Source of the DNA: a candidate division FCPU426 bacterium
Lineage (GTDB): Bacteria; Oederibacteriota; Muellerivitia; Muellerivitales; Muellerivitaceae
Direction: 5' to 3'
Length of the DNA stretch: 64,000 nucleotides
NCBI GenBank assembly: GCA_030041545.1
Contig: JASHNQ010000049.1
Span: 32,374 to 96,373, forward strand
The notes beneath the pieces were generated by a model, which made no database searches, was not told the origin of the DNA, and saw only the letters and a program-made list of their open reading frames with translations. Within the stretch, counting starts at the first letter, position 1. Each line of letters starts with the position of its first letter. The position numbers and the translations under genes were made by a program. Below are positions 40,796 through 50,355 of the stretch, piece after piece.

Positions 40796-41230
40796 TCAGT
40801 TCAACATGACCGGCATTAAAACATTGGAACGGACCACGTGCTGGAAAGCCCCCACGATATTTTCCGTCACATCACTCAAGGTCTGGAGATAGTCTTCCTC
40901 CACTTCCCGGCCGTCCACCAGGAAGGACGTTTTAAGCAGCACCGAAAGCTGGCCTTTGATCACCTTGGAAACCCGGAGCATTTCATTGCGGAAATAATCC
41001 GGATGGTCCTTGCGCACCCGTTTTGTCGTACGCGGCTTGGAATACTTCTTTTGATGCACGGCGATCGAGGCGATCATCTGCGCCAAGTGGTTTTCCAGCA
41101 TGGCCCGGTCCACGTGCTGGCCGTGCACCAGCCTTTCAATTACGACTTCCAGGTATGAAACGTGGGAAAAAAGCTCACGATAAAGTTCGAGGAAACCTTC
41201 CCGCACGTCGGAGTCCTGCGATGGAACCAT
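40796..41230 (-). CDS. Hypothetical helical protein
   Basis: 144-aa ORF co-oriented with its neighbours; no recognisable motif. Confidence 0.6.
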   Translation of the reverse strand: MVPSQDSDVREGFLELYRELFSHVSYLEVVIERLVHGQHVDRAMLENHLAQMIASIAVHQKKYSKPRTTKRVRKDHPDYFRNEMLRVSKVIKGQLSVLLKTSFLVDGREVEEDYLQTLSDVTENIVGAFQHVVRSNVLMPVMLN

Positions 41231-41385
41231 GGTATCCCCCGATCCCCGTTTTGAAAATTATACCCCTTTTCACCGCCTAATCAAAGCGCGACCCACGGAT
41301 AACGAACAATGAAGAATGGACGATGAAGGAGGTTTTTGTTTGGCCCTCCAAACAAAACACAACGTCATTATTCATTTTAACGGTT

Positions 41386-41910
41386 TTATTCGGCTAAAAG
41401 TTTCTCGATGGCGCCGGTGAAATCCGACTCCGGATGGAGGCCGACAAAAGCCAAGGCGATCCTGCCCGACTTATCAATGAAGAAGGTGGCGGGAATCGGA
41501 TTGATTCCGTAGGATTTCAACGTGTCCATATTGGCAAGGCCGACGGGGTATCGGATGTCGAAATTTGAAATAAACTTATTGAAGTAATCATTGGGCTGGC
41601 CGTCGTTGGTTTCCACCGAAAGACCCCAAAGCTCCAACCCTTTGGAATGATAGGCGTTGTACATCTTCACGAGGGTCGGTATCTCCATCCGGCATGGGCC
41701 GCACCAGCTGGCCCAGAAATCCAGCACCACGACTTTTCCCTTGGCCTGCGACAACGTCAAGTTAGTGGAGGAGTTTAAAAACTGAGCGCTGATCTCGGAA
41801 GCCGGCTGCCGTTGGGCCGGGGGGATGAGGTCCACGTTGTTCCCTTTCCCGCAACCTGCCATCCAGGAAGCCAGCAACCCTATAAAAATTATTCTTCGAT
41901 CCATATTCAT
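41386..41910 (-). CDS. TlpA/ResA-like thiol-disulfide oxidoreductase lipoprotein
   Basis: Lipobox-like MAGC, VLDFWASWCGPC, IPATFFID. Confidence 0.88.
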   Translation of the reverse strand: MNMDRRIIFIGLLASWMAGCGKGNNVDLIPPAQRQPASEISAQFLNSSTNLTLSQAKGKVVVLDFWASWCGPCRMEIPTLVKMYNAYHSKGLELWGLSVETNDGQPNDYFNKFISNFDIRYPVGLANMDTLKSYGINPIPATFFIDKSGRIALAFVGLHPESDFTGAIEKLLAE

Positions 41911-41987
41911 GCCTTTAAGTTGTTTATGGCTTGGTCCTGAGAAGTTGTCGTTGCTAATATCTAATCGCTAAAAGCTAATAGCTTCTT

Positions 41988-42722
41988 TTAAAAGAATCCC
42001 AGGTATTGGACCCGGACAATTCTTGAGAATAAGTCTGCCCGGTTGATATCCCTGAAGTCAACTCCCACCCTTAACGGCTTATCCACGTTGAAAAGTACAT
42101 TGGCGTTGAACTGCCAATAGTCGCTCAAGAGCTTATCCATCTCCAGGTTGAACATCAACGGCTGCGCCACCGCAAAGGAGGTGCCAAAAAAAGCTCCCAA
42201 ATCCTCGTTGGAATCGAAATTTTCCAGGGTGACCACGTTAAAACCAGCGTGAAGCTGCAAATAACCTGCCTCCTTAAATTCGTGGCTCACCACCGAATAA
42301 AACCCTTTTTGGGTTCCGGGGAAAAAGACACCATTGACTTGCGTCCCGTAACCACGGTTGTCCCAGCCCGCGGCCAAGGCTATAGGCGAATTTTTTTCGT
42401 CCAAAACCTTGAATTTAAGGCCGATCCCCGGCGTTTGGACTTGGATCGTTCCCTGGCCCACCACGTTGGTGGCATTGACCGAAAAGCCGAACATGAAGAA
42501 ATCTTCGAACCCGACGTTACCCCGGACAAAGAGTCCGCCATTCTCATACATTCGGGTGACCAAGTCATATCCCCCGTGCATCAGGAGGTAAGCGGTGGGG
42601 GCTTCTACCATTTCATAATTAGTCGGGGAGGTTGCGACTTCATCGCTGGCCCAGATTCCTGGCACCGGCAAGAGGAAAAGAAGGATGAGGGTGTATCGAA
42701 AAGGTTTGACGAGAGCCTCCAA
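41988..42722 (-). CDS. Putative outer-membrane beta-barrel protein (YjbH-like)
   Basis: Signal peptide, 'PTAYLL', alternating beta pattern and terminal Phe. Confidence 0.6.
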   Translation of the reverse strand: MEALVKPFRYTLILLFLLPVPGIWASDEVATSPTNYEMVEAPTAYLLMHGGYDLVTRMYENGGLFVRGNVGFEDFFMFGFSVNATNVVGQGTIQVQTPGIGLKFKVLDEKNSPIALAAGWDNRGYGTQVNGVFFPGTQKGFYSVVSHEFKEAGYLQLHAGFNVVTLENFDSNEDLGAFFGTSFAVAQPLMFNLEMDKLLSDYWQFNANVLFNVDKPLRVGVDFRDINRADLFSRIVRVQYLGFF

Positions 42723-42772
42723 AATGGTTTTATTTTAAGCCCAAAGAAGCCTCTGTCAACCGATGGCGTTCT

Positions 42773-43576
42773 TTAATATTTTTCCACGAAAACTTTTTCG
42801 ACTTTGGGAATGGTCCGTCCCAGGAACCTTTGGGCCTGTTGCTTGAATTTGCGTGAAAGATCGCTGACGTAGTACTGGCATCCACCCCGTCCGTTCATGG
42901 GGACTCCGTGCATCTCCAGATTGTGGTGAAGGCTCTTGGCTGTTTCCTCCGCCGAATCGACGATTTTCACTTTTTTGCCGGCGACCCTGGCGAGAACTTT
43001 CTTCAAAAGGGGGTAATGGGTGCAGCCCAATACCAAAGTGTCGATTTTGGCCTTTAGGAGTGGCTGAAGATATTCCCGCGCCACTGCCTCGGTGACCGGA
43101 CCCATGAGCTTGCCTTCCTCCACCAGCGGCACGAACAAAGGGCAGGCTTTGGAATAAACCTTGGCCTTGGGAAAGATTTTATGGATCGCCCGGACATAGG
43201 CCTTGGATGCGATGGTACCCTCGGTGCCGATGACGCCGATGCGGCCGTTGCGCGTCACTGAAACCGCCGCATAGGCCCCCGGTTCGATCACCCCCAGGAT
43301 GGGGACGGGGAATTCCCGACGGACGATTTCCAGGGCCCAAGCCGAAGATGTGTTGCAGGCCACCACAACACATTTGACTTTTTTATTTTTCCGGAAAAAG
43401 CGGATGATCTGCCGGGCGTACCGGACGATGGTCTCGGGGCTTTTGGTCCCGTAAGGGATGCGGGCCGTGTCGCCGAAATAAACCAGCCTTTCACCGGGCA
43501 GTTCCTGCTGGATGGCCTTGGCGACCGTCAATCCCCCCAGCCCGGAATCGAAGATGCCGATGGGGTAGTTTTTCAA
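42773..43576 (-). CDS. murI: Glutamate racemase
   Basis: IFDSGLGGLTV, PYGTKS, VACNTSS, LGCTHYP. Confidence 0.95.
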   Translation of the reverse strand: MKNYPIGIFDSGLGGLTVAKAIQQELPGERLVYFGDTARIPYGTKSPETIVRYARQIIRFFRKNKKVKCVVVACNTSSAWALEIVRREFPVPILGVIEPGAYAAVSVTRNGRIGVIGTEGTIASKAYVRAIHKIFPKAKVYSKACPLFVPLVEEGKLMGPVTEAVAREYLQPLLKAKIDTLVLGCTHYPLLKKVLARVAGKKVKIVDSAEETAKSLHHNLEMHGVPMNGRGGCQYYVSDLSRKFKQQAQRFLGRTIPKVEKVFVEKY

Positions 43577-45174
43577 CGCTTTGCCCGCGCCGATGAATTC
43601 TTGGAGCCACTGTCTTTTAACAATTTATAATCAATGGAATCAACCAGAGCTTCCCAAGAAGCTTCGATGATATTCTCCGACACTCCCACCGTTCCCCAGG
43701 AGTCCTTCTTGTCGCGGCTCTCGATCAAAACGCGCACCTTGGCCGCCGTGCCTTCCTTGGCGTCCAACACGCGGACCTTAAAGTCGGTTAAGTGAACCTC
43801 GCTGAGCGAAGGATAAAACTTGGTCAGGGCTTTGCGGAGGGCCTGGTCCAGGGCATTGACGGGACCGTCACCCTCCCCCACGGTATTTTCCAAAATCCCG
43901 TTCACCTTGATCTTGATGGTAGCCTCCGAAACCAGCTTGTCGTCGCCCCTGTTTTCCACGATCACCCGGAAACTGACCAGGTCGAAGAAGCTCTTGTGCT
44001 TGCCCAGCGCCTTTTTCAAAAGGATCTCAAAGGACGCCTCGGCCCCCTCGAATTGATAACCCTCGCTTTCCATTTTCTTCACTTCGTCGATGATGGCCCG
44101 CGTTTCCGGCGTGTCCTTCCCCAGCTTGATGCTGCGGGTTCCCGCCTGATGCAGGACTCCCGCACGGCCCGCCTGATCGGAGAGAATAAGTTTCCGCTGA
44201 TTTCCCACTTCGGCCGGGTCCACATGCTCATATGCCTTATTGGATTTGCGCATCGCGTCAATATGCATGCCGCCCTTGTGGGTAAATGCGTTCTTGCCGA
44301 CATAGGGCGCGTTGGGCCGGGGCGGCAAGTTGAGGATTTCATCCACGCGGTGGGATACCTCCGTGAGCTTCTCCAGCTTGATAGGCTTCACGAAGGTATA
44401 TCCCGTCTTTAAGGACAAAGTGGCGATCAAGGAGGTCAAATTCGTATTCCCGACCCGTTCCCCATAGCCGTTGATACAGCCCTGAACCTGGGTGGCGCCG
44501 GACGAAAGGGCAGCCAAGCTGTTGGCCACCGCCAGGTCGGAGTCGTTGTGGCAATGGATGCCGATGGCGGCTTCAGGAAAACGTTGGTGGACACGGATAA
44601 CGACCGCTTCGACGTCTTCCGGCAGCGACCCGCCGTTGGTGTCGCAAAGCACCAGGCAATCGGCGCCGCCGTTCAAGGCCGCCTCGAGGCACTTGAGCGA
44701 GAATTCCGGGTTCGCCTTGTAACCGTCAAAAAAATGTTCCGCGTCAAAGAAAACTTCACCTGTTTTGGACTTCAGAAACTTGATCGAATCGTTGATGATT
44801 TCCAGGTTTTGTTCCAACGGGATGCCAAGGGCCTTGGTCACATGGAAATCCCAGGTCTTTCCCACCACCGTTATGGTGGAAACGTCCGATTTCACCAGGT
44901 TCAAGAGGTGCGTGTCTTCGTGGGCCTTGTGCTTGGCCCTGCGGGTCATGCCGAAAGCCGACAAGCGGGCTTTAAGCTTAAGTTTTTTCACCTTTTGAAA
45001 GAATTCGGTGTCCTTGGGGTTGGCCCCCGGCCAGCCTCCTTCCAGGTATTGCAACCCCAGGTCATCCAAGGCCTGGGCCAGGGCGAGCTTATCCTCGACC
45101 GACAGGTTGATTCCCTGGGTCTGGGGGCCCTCCCGTAGCAACGCGTCGTATAAGACAATTTTCCGATCGCTCAC
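43573..45174 (-). CDS. cimA: Citramalate synthase
   Basis: LEGGWPGANPKD, FDAEHFFDGYK, LCDTNGG, HCHND, GPVNALD, WGTVGVSENIIEASW. Start set at GTG 45174. Confidence 0.88.
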   Translation of the reverse strand: MSDRKIVLYDALLREGPQTQGINLSVEDKLALAQALDDLGLQYLEGGWPGANPKDTEFFQKVKKLKLKARLSAFGMTRRAKHKAHEDTHLLNLVKSDVSTITVVGKTWDFHVTKALGIPLEQNLEIINDSIKFLKSKTGEVFFDAEHFFDGYKANPEFSLKCLEAALNGGADCLVLCDTNGGSLPEDVEAVVIRVHQRFPEAAIGIHCHNDSDLAVANSLAALSSGATQVQGCINGYGERVGNTNLTSLIATLSLKTGYTFVKPIKLEKLTEVSHRVDEILNLPPRPNAPYVGKNAFTHKGGMHIDAMRKSNKAYEHVDPAEVGNQRKLILSDQAGRAGVLHQAGTRSIKLGKDTPETRAIIDEVKKMESEGYQFEGAEASFEILLKKALGKHKSFFDLVSFRVIVENRGDDKLVSEATIKIKVNGILENTVGEGDGPVNALDQALRKALTKFYPSLSEVHLTDFKVRVLDAKEGTAAKVRVLIESRDKKDSWGTVGVSENIIEASWEALVDSIDYKLLKDSGSKNSSARAKR

Positions 45175-45195
45175 CGAATCGCCTCTTCCCAATCC

Positions 45196-45235
45196 GTCAT
45201 CCTGAGCCAAGCGAAGGAAAACGCTTCAGAATGAC
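45196..45235. repeat. REP-like hairpin
   Basis: GTCATCCTGAGCCAAGCGAAGG...CTTCAGAATGAC; a related GTCATT...GAATGAC pair occurs at about 52555-52645. Confidence 0.5.
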
Positions 45236-45251
45236 AACTTTAACCTCAAAA

Positions 45252-46487
45252 TTATCCGCGGACGCCCGAAACCTTCTTGCCCAAGTTGAATTTCTTATGG
45301 ATCGCCGCCACAGCCTTGGTGACATCCTTTTCGTCGATCACCACTGAAATCTTGATTTCGGAAGTGGAGATCATCTCGATGTTTACGCCCGCTTCGGCCA
45401 GGGCCTTGAACATATTGGCGGCCACGCCGGAGTGGGAGCGCATTCCCACGCCTACCACCGAAACCTTGGCGATACCCTCATCCGAGAGAATGCCGGCGGG
45501 CTTGAGGGTTTTAGAAGCCTCCCCCACCACCTTCATGGCCTTCTTAAATTCGGACTTGTCCACGGTGAAAGAAACGTCCGAATGGCCCTTTTCCCCGATG
45601 TTTTGGATAATCATGTCCACATTGATCCCAGCCTTCCCCAGCTTGGAAAAGAGGATGGAAGCGATACCTGGCCTGTCCGGAACTCCCCGGACCGTAATTT
45701 TGGCCTCGTTTTTATTGTAGGTCACTCCGCTGATAACCACCTTTTCCATGGCTTTGGTTTCCTGCATGACGATCGTCCCTTCCTTTTCATTGAATGTCGG
45801 CCTCACGTGGATCTTGATGCCGAAGTTTTTCGCGAATTCCACCGAACGGGCGTTCAACACCTGGGCCCCCGCGCTGGCCATCTCCAACATTTCATCGTAG
45901 CTGATGAAGGTGATCTTCTTGGCGTCCTTCACCATCGAGGGATTGGCCGTGAAAACCCCGTCCACGTCCTTGTAAAACTCGCAAACATCCGCCTTCAAGG
46001 CCGCGGCAATCGCCACCGCGGTCAAGTCGCTTCCGCCCCGGCCCAGGGTCGTGATTTCATGTTCCTTGTTCTCGCCCTGGAATCCCGCCACGATCACCAC
46101 CTTGCCCAGGTTGAGGGCCGAGCGGATCTTCGAGTCCCCCACCCGGACGATGCGCGCCTTGGTGTGCACGTCGTCTGTCACGATGCCCACCTGGGGGCCG
46201 GTGAAGGAAATGGCGTCGCAACCCAGGCTTTTCAGGGCGATGGAGAGGAGGGCGATGGATTGCTGTTCCCCCGTGGCTAAAAGCACGTCCATCTCCCGCT
46301 CATCGGGGCTGTCCGTGATCTGTTGGGCCTTGGCGATCAGCTCATCGGTGGTGTCCCCCGGCGCCGAAACGACCACCACCACCTCATTCCCTTCCCGCCT
46401 GTTTTTGGCGACGCGGCGTGCGACGGATAGCATTTTTTCCGCGTCGGCCACCGACGATCCACCGTATTTTTGAACAATCAGTGCCAT
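45252..46487 (-). CDS. lysC: Aspartate kinase
   Basis: VQKYGGSSV, TTLGRGGSD, two ACT domains, ISTSEIKIS. Confidence 0.95.
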   Translation of the reverse strand: MALIVQKYGGSSVADAEKMLSVARRVAKNRREGNEVVVVVSAPGDTTDELIAKAQQITDSPDEREMDVLLATGEQQSIALLSIALKSLGCDAISFTGPQVGIVTDDVHTKARIVRVGDSKIRSALNLGKVVIVAGFQGENKEHEITTLGRGGSDLTAVAIAAALKADVCEFYKDVDGVFTANPSMVKDAKKITFISYDEMLEMASAGAQVLNARSVEFAKNFGIKIHVRPTFNEKEGTIVMQETKAMEKVVISGVTYNKNEAKITVRGVPDRPGIASILFSKLGKAGINVDMIIQNIGEKGHSDVSFTVDKSEFKKAMKVVGEASKTLKPAGILSDEGIAKVSVVGVGMRSHSGVAANMFKALAEAGVNIEMISTSEIKISVVIDEKDVTKAVAAIHKKFNLGKKVSGVRG

Positions 46488-46504
46488 GGGACCCTTTTTC
46501 CACC

Positions 46505-47566
46505 TTAAAGCTTTAAAGACTTTAGGATTTCACTCATTTCCGGCTTGATCACCGTGGGTTTGGTGCTTCTCATCACCGCCGTGTCCGGATCCTTGAGCCC
46601 ATGGCCGGTCAGGGTACAGACGATACGCCTTTCACCGTCGACGAAGTACCCTTCCTTGCTCTTCTTGATGACCCCGGCCAAGGAAGCGGCGGAGGCGGGC
46701 TCGCAGAAAATACCTTCCATCGAAGCCAGCATCTCGTAGGCTTCCAGGATCTCTTCATCCGTGACGGCCTCGATCAAGCCCCGGGACTCGTCACGGGCCG
46801 CTTCGGCGCTCTTCCAGGAAAAAGGGTTGCCGATCTTGATGGCCGTGGCGATAGTTTGGGGGTCCTCAATGATATGCCCCTCCACAATGGGGGCCGCCCC
46901 GGCGGCCTGGAACCCACACATGCGGGGCAGCCGCTTGGACTTGCCTTTTTGCCGGTATTCCTTATAGCCTTTCCAATAGGCGGTGATATTGCCCGCGTTT
47001 CCCACCGGGATGGCGTGATATTCGGGGGCGTCACCGATAGTATCAACAATCTCAAAAGCCGCGGTTTTCTGCCCCTCGATGCGGTAGGGGTTATTGGAAT
47101 TCACCATGGTGATCGGGTGCTTGTCCGCCAGTTCGCGGGTGAGCTTCAAGGCCTGGTCAAAGCTTCCTTCCACCGCCAGCACCCTGGCGCCGTAGATCAT
47201 GGATTGGGCCAACTTCCCCAAAGCGATGGAGCCGTGGGGCAGGAGGACGGCGCAGGAAATGCCCGCGTGGGCCGAATAGGCGGCCGCCGAGGCCGAGGTA
47301 TTGCCTGTGGAGGCGCAAATAACCGCCTTGGAACCATCTTCCAACGCCTTGGAGATGGCCATGGTCATGCCCCGGTCCTTGAAGGAGCATGTCGGGTTCA
47401 ACCCCTCGAACTTGAAATAGACCTTTAGGCCGTTGCCAAGATTTTGGGAAATGCGCGGCCCGTAAAGCAACGGCGTATCACCCTCCTTGAGGGTGACAAC
47501 GGGCGTTTTTTCGGTAACCGGCAGGTAGGGCCGGTATTCTTCGATAAGTCCTTTCCAATACGCCAT
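46505..47566 (-). CDS. thrC: Threonine synthase
   Basis: NPTCSFKDRGMT, CASTGNTSASAAAY, PVGNAGNITAYW, LTGHGLKDP; located between hom and lysC. Confidence 0.95.
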   Translation of the reverse strand: MAYWKGLIEEYRPYLPVTEKTPVVTLKEGDTPLLYGPRISQNLGNGLKVYFKFEGLNPTCSFKDRGMTMAISKALEDGSKAVICASTGNTSASAAAYSAHAGISCAVLLPHGSIALGKLAQSMIYGARVLAVEGSFDQALKLTRELADKHPITMVNSNNPYRIEGQKTAAFEIVDTIGDAPEYHAIPVGNAGNITAYWKGYKEYRQKGKSKRLPRMCGFQAAGAAPIVEGHIIEDPQTIATAIKIGNPFSWKSAEAARDESRGLIEAVTDEEILEAYEMLASMEGIFCEPASAASLAGVIKKSKEGYFVDGERRIVCTLTGHGLKDPDTAVMRSTKPTVIKPEMSEILKSLKL

Positions 47567-47627
47567 TTGCTTTGCCTTTGTTTTAGATTTTGGCTGTCGG
47601 CTACGAGCTGTCAGCCGTGAGCTGCCG

Positions 47628-48950
47628 TTACTCTCCCCGGTCCATGCGGATAAGAAGGGTTTCCTCCTGGACAAAGGGAAGGCCATTAATCTTTTTCAGG
47701 GCCTCCTGGACGTTTTTCTCCAGGGCCTCATAGGTCACGATGACCACCGGCACTTTGTCGCCTTTCTTCTGCTCTTTTTGGATGACCGAAGCGATGGAGA
47801 TTTGATGCTCACCCAGGATACGGGCTATGGCCGAAAGAACCCCCACCTGGTCCAGCACCGAGAACTTGAGATAATAGCGGGACTTGATCTCCCCTATCTT
47901 GCGCAGGCGTTTGATCTGGGGGTTATCGGAAAGGAACCAGCAGTTGGAGATTTCGCCCGCCACGTTGTCGCTGACGCTGCGGCAGACATAAATAAGGTCG
48001 CTCATGACCGCCGAGGCGGTAGGCTTGTTGCCCGCCCCCAGGCCGTAGTACATGGTGGTACCCACGAAGTCGCCGGTCACCAGCACGCCGTTGTACTCGC
48101 CGTCCACCTTGGCCAGGAGGTGTTCCTGTGGAATCAAGGTGGGATGCACACGCACTTCCAGTTCGTCTCCCTCCACTTCCGCGATGGCGAAGAGCTTGAC
48201 CACCCGACCAAACTCCTCCCGGGCGAACTCGATGTCCTGCAGGGTGATGCGGTCGATGCCCTCCACGTAGATGTCTTCCACCTTGACGCGCTTGGAAAAG
48301 GCCAGGGAGGCCAGGATGGCCAGCTTATGGGCCGCATCCATGCCGTTGATGTCCAGGGTGGGGTCGGCCTCGGCCAGGCCCTTTTTTTGGGCCATCTGCA
48401 GGGCTTCCTTGAAGCTTTTTTTCTCCTCGGTCATCTTCTGCAGGATGAAGTTGGTGGTGCCGTTGACAATGCCGTAGATGGACATGATGTTGTTGGGCGC
48501 CAGGCCGTCGTTGATGGCCTGGATGACCGGGATGCCCCCGCAAACCGCGGCCTCGAAATAGATGTCCACTTTGTTTTGACGGGCGGTGGCGATGATCTCG
48601 TCCCAGTGCACCGAAAGCACCGCCTTGTTGGCCGTGACAATGTGCTTGCCTTTTTTCATAGCATCCAAAAGGTAGGTGCGGGCCGGCTCCAAGCCGCCCA
48701 TGAGCTCCACGATGACGTCAATGTCCGGGTCCGAAACAAGGTCGTCGTAGTTGGCCGTCAGCATGCCCTCGGGCACGGTCACGTCACGCTGTTTGGTGAG
48801 GTCTTTGACCGCGATCTTCTTGATGCGAAGCTGCGCCCCGACTTTTGCCTCGATAAGGGCGCGGTTCTTTTCCAGCAGGCGGTAAACCCCCTGCCCCACG
48901 TTGCCGAACCCGATCATGCCGATTTGGATGACGGATTTGCCTTCACTCAT
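47628..48950 (-). CDS. hom: Homoserine dehydrogenase
   Basis: GFGNVG, VTANKA, FEAAVCGGIP, AEADPTLD and a C-terminal ACT domain. Confidence 0.95.
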   Translation of the reverse strand: MSEGKSVIQIGMIGFGNVGQGVYRLLEKNRALIEAKVGAQLRIKKIAVKDLTKQRDVTVPEGMLTANYDDLVSDPDIDVIVELMGGLEPARTYLLDAMKKGKHIVTANKAVLSVHWDEIIATARQNKVDIYFEAAVCGGIPVIQAINDGLAPNNIMSIYGIVNGTTNFILQKMTEEKKSFKEALQMAQKKGLAEADPTLDINGMDAAHKLAILASLAFSKRVKVEDIYVEGIDRITLQDIEFAREEFGRVVKLFAIAEVEGDELEVRVHPTLIPQEHLLAKVDGEYNGVLVTGDFVGTTMYYGLGAGNKPTASAVMSDLIYVCRSVSDNVAGEISNCWFLSDNPQIKRLRKIGEIKSRYYLKFSVLDQVGVLSAIARILGEHQISIASVIQKEQKKGDKVPVVIVTYEALEKNVQEALKKINGLPFVQEETLLIRMDRGE

Positions 48951-48980
48951 GACGTTCTCCGCGCTTGAGCCTAAATAGCA

Positions 48981-49015
48981 AAACGCCCCGAGCTTGCCAA
49001 AAAGCCGGGGCGTTT
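48981..49015. terminator. Hairpin (putative terminator) upstream of hom
   Basis: aaacgccccg...cggggcgttt inverted repeat. Confidence 0.5.
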
Positions 49016-49171
49016 GGTGAAAAGAACCCTTAGATTATAAGAAAACAGGGGTCAATTCAAGGGAAAGGCTGAAATGCGGTCGTCAGTCGACGGTCCACAG
49101 TCGATAGCCACGGCAATGAAGATTTTAGGTTTAAAGCTGTTGCCGTGAACTTGTCGACTGTCAGCTGTCGA

Positions 49172-50338
49172 CTATTGGACCGCCTCTTTGATGCGCTTCA
49201 ACCCTTCCAGTATCGCCTTCTCGCTTGCGGCATAGGACATCCGCATAAAACCCTCGGCGCCAAAAGCGATGCCCGGCGTCAAGCCCACCCTGGCCTTGTT
49301 CAGCAGGTAATCAGAGAGTTCCATGGAGTTGGAGCGGCCGGGCTTGAAAAGCCCCTTCACGTTGGGGAACACATAAAAGGCCCCAGCGGGCTTCAGGCAC
49401 TTCACGCCTGGGATGGCGTTTAAACCCTCCACGACCATATCACGGCGCTTCTGGAACACAGAAACCATTTTCTGGATTTCCGAATCCGGCAGGGCCATGG
49501 CTACCACCCCCGCCTTTTGGACGATGGAGGACGGGTTGGAGGTGGACTGGCTCTGCAGGTCGGCTATCGCCTTCATCACGTTGGCTGGGCCAGCCGCATA
49601 ACCCAGTCGCCAGCCCGTCATGGCATAGGCTTTAGACATTCCGTTGACCAGGATGGTTTGGGCCGCCACTTCCTGGGAAAGGGACGGGAAGCAAACATGC
49701 TCTTCCCCATAGACCAGCTTGGCGTAGATCTCATCCGAAACAACCGTGAACTTATGTTTCAGGGCCAATTCGGCGATGCCTTCCATGGCCTTTCGGCCCA
49801 CCACTGCGCCCGTGGGGTTGCTGGGGGAATTAAGGATGAGAGCCTTGGTTTTGGGGGTGATCTTGGCCTTCAGGGCCTGGGGTGTCAGTTTGAACTCGTC
49901 AGCTTCGGAGCATTCGACGAATACCGGGATGCCGCCGGCCAGCTTGATTTGTTCGGGATAGCTCACCCAATAGGGCGAAGGAATCAAAACTTCGTCGCCC
50001 GGATTGATGATAGCCATGAATGTGTTATAGAGGGAATGCTTGCCGCCGCAGGAAACGACGATATCGCCCGGTTCATAATGGACCTTGTATTCCCAATCCA
50101 GGTACTGGGCAATAGCCTTGCGCAGTTCCAGGGTTCCAGGAACGGGGGTGTATTTATGGAAACCGCCGTCAATGGCCTTCTTGGCCGCCTCGCAAATGGG
50201 TTCGGGCGTGTTGAAATCCGGCTCTCCAGCCACGAAATTCAGCACATCCACGCCCTCTTCCTGGAGTTTCTTGGCCTTGGCGTCGATGGCCAGTGTCATC
50301 GACGGGGCCACTTTTTTCATGCGTTCGGAAATTTCCAT
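49172..50338 (-). CDS. aspC: Class I aminotransferase (aspartate aminotransferase)
   Basis: GEPDFNTP, NSPSNPTG, SDEIY, SKAYAMTGWRLGY. Confidence 0.85.
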   Translation of the reverse strand: MEISERMKKVAPSMTLAIDAKAKKLQEEGVDVLNFVAGEPDFNTPEPICEAAKKAIDGGFHKYTPVPGTLELRKAIAQYLDWEYKVHYEPGDIVVSCGGKHSLYNTFMAIINPGDEVLIPSPYWVSYPEQIKLAGGIPVFVECSEADEFKLTPQALKAKITPKTKALILNSPSNPTGAVVGRKAMEGIAELALKHKFTVVSDEIYAKLVYGEEHVCFPSLSQEVAAQTILVNGMSKAYAMTGWRLGYAAGPANVMKAIADLQSQSTSNPSSIVQKAGVVAMALPDSEIQKMVSVFQKRRDMVVEGLNAIPGVKCLKPAGAFYVFPNVKGLFKPGRSNSMELSDYLLNKARVGLTPGIAFGAEGFMRMSYAASEKAILEGLKRIKEAVQ

Positions 50339-50355
50339 AGTGTCCTCGCTTGGTC

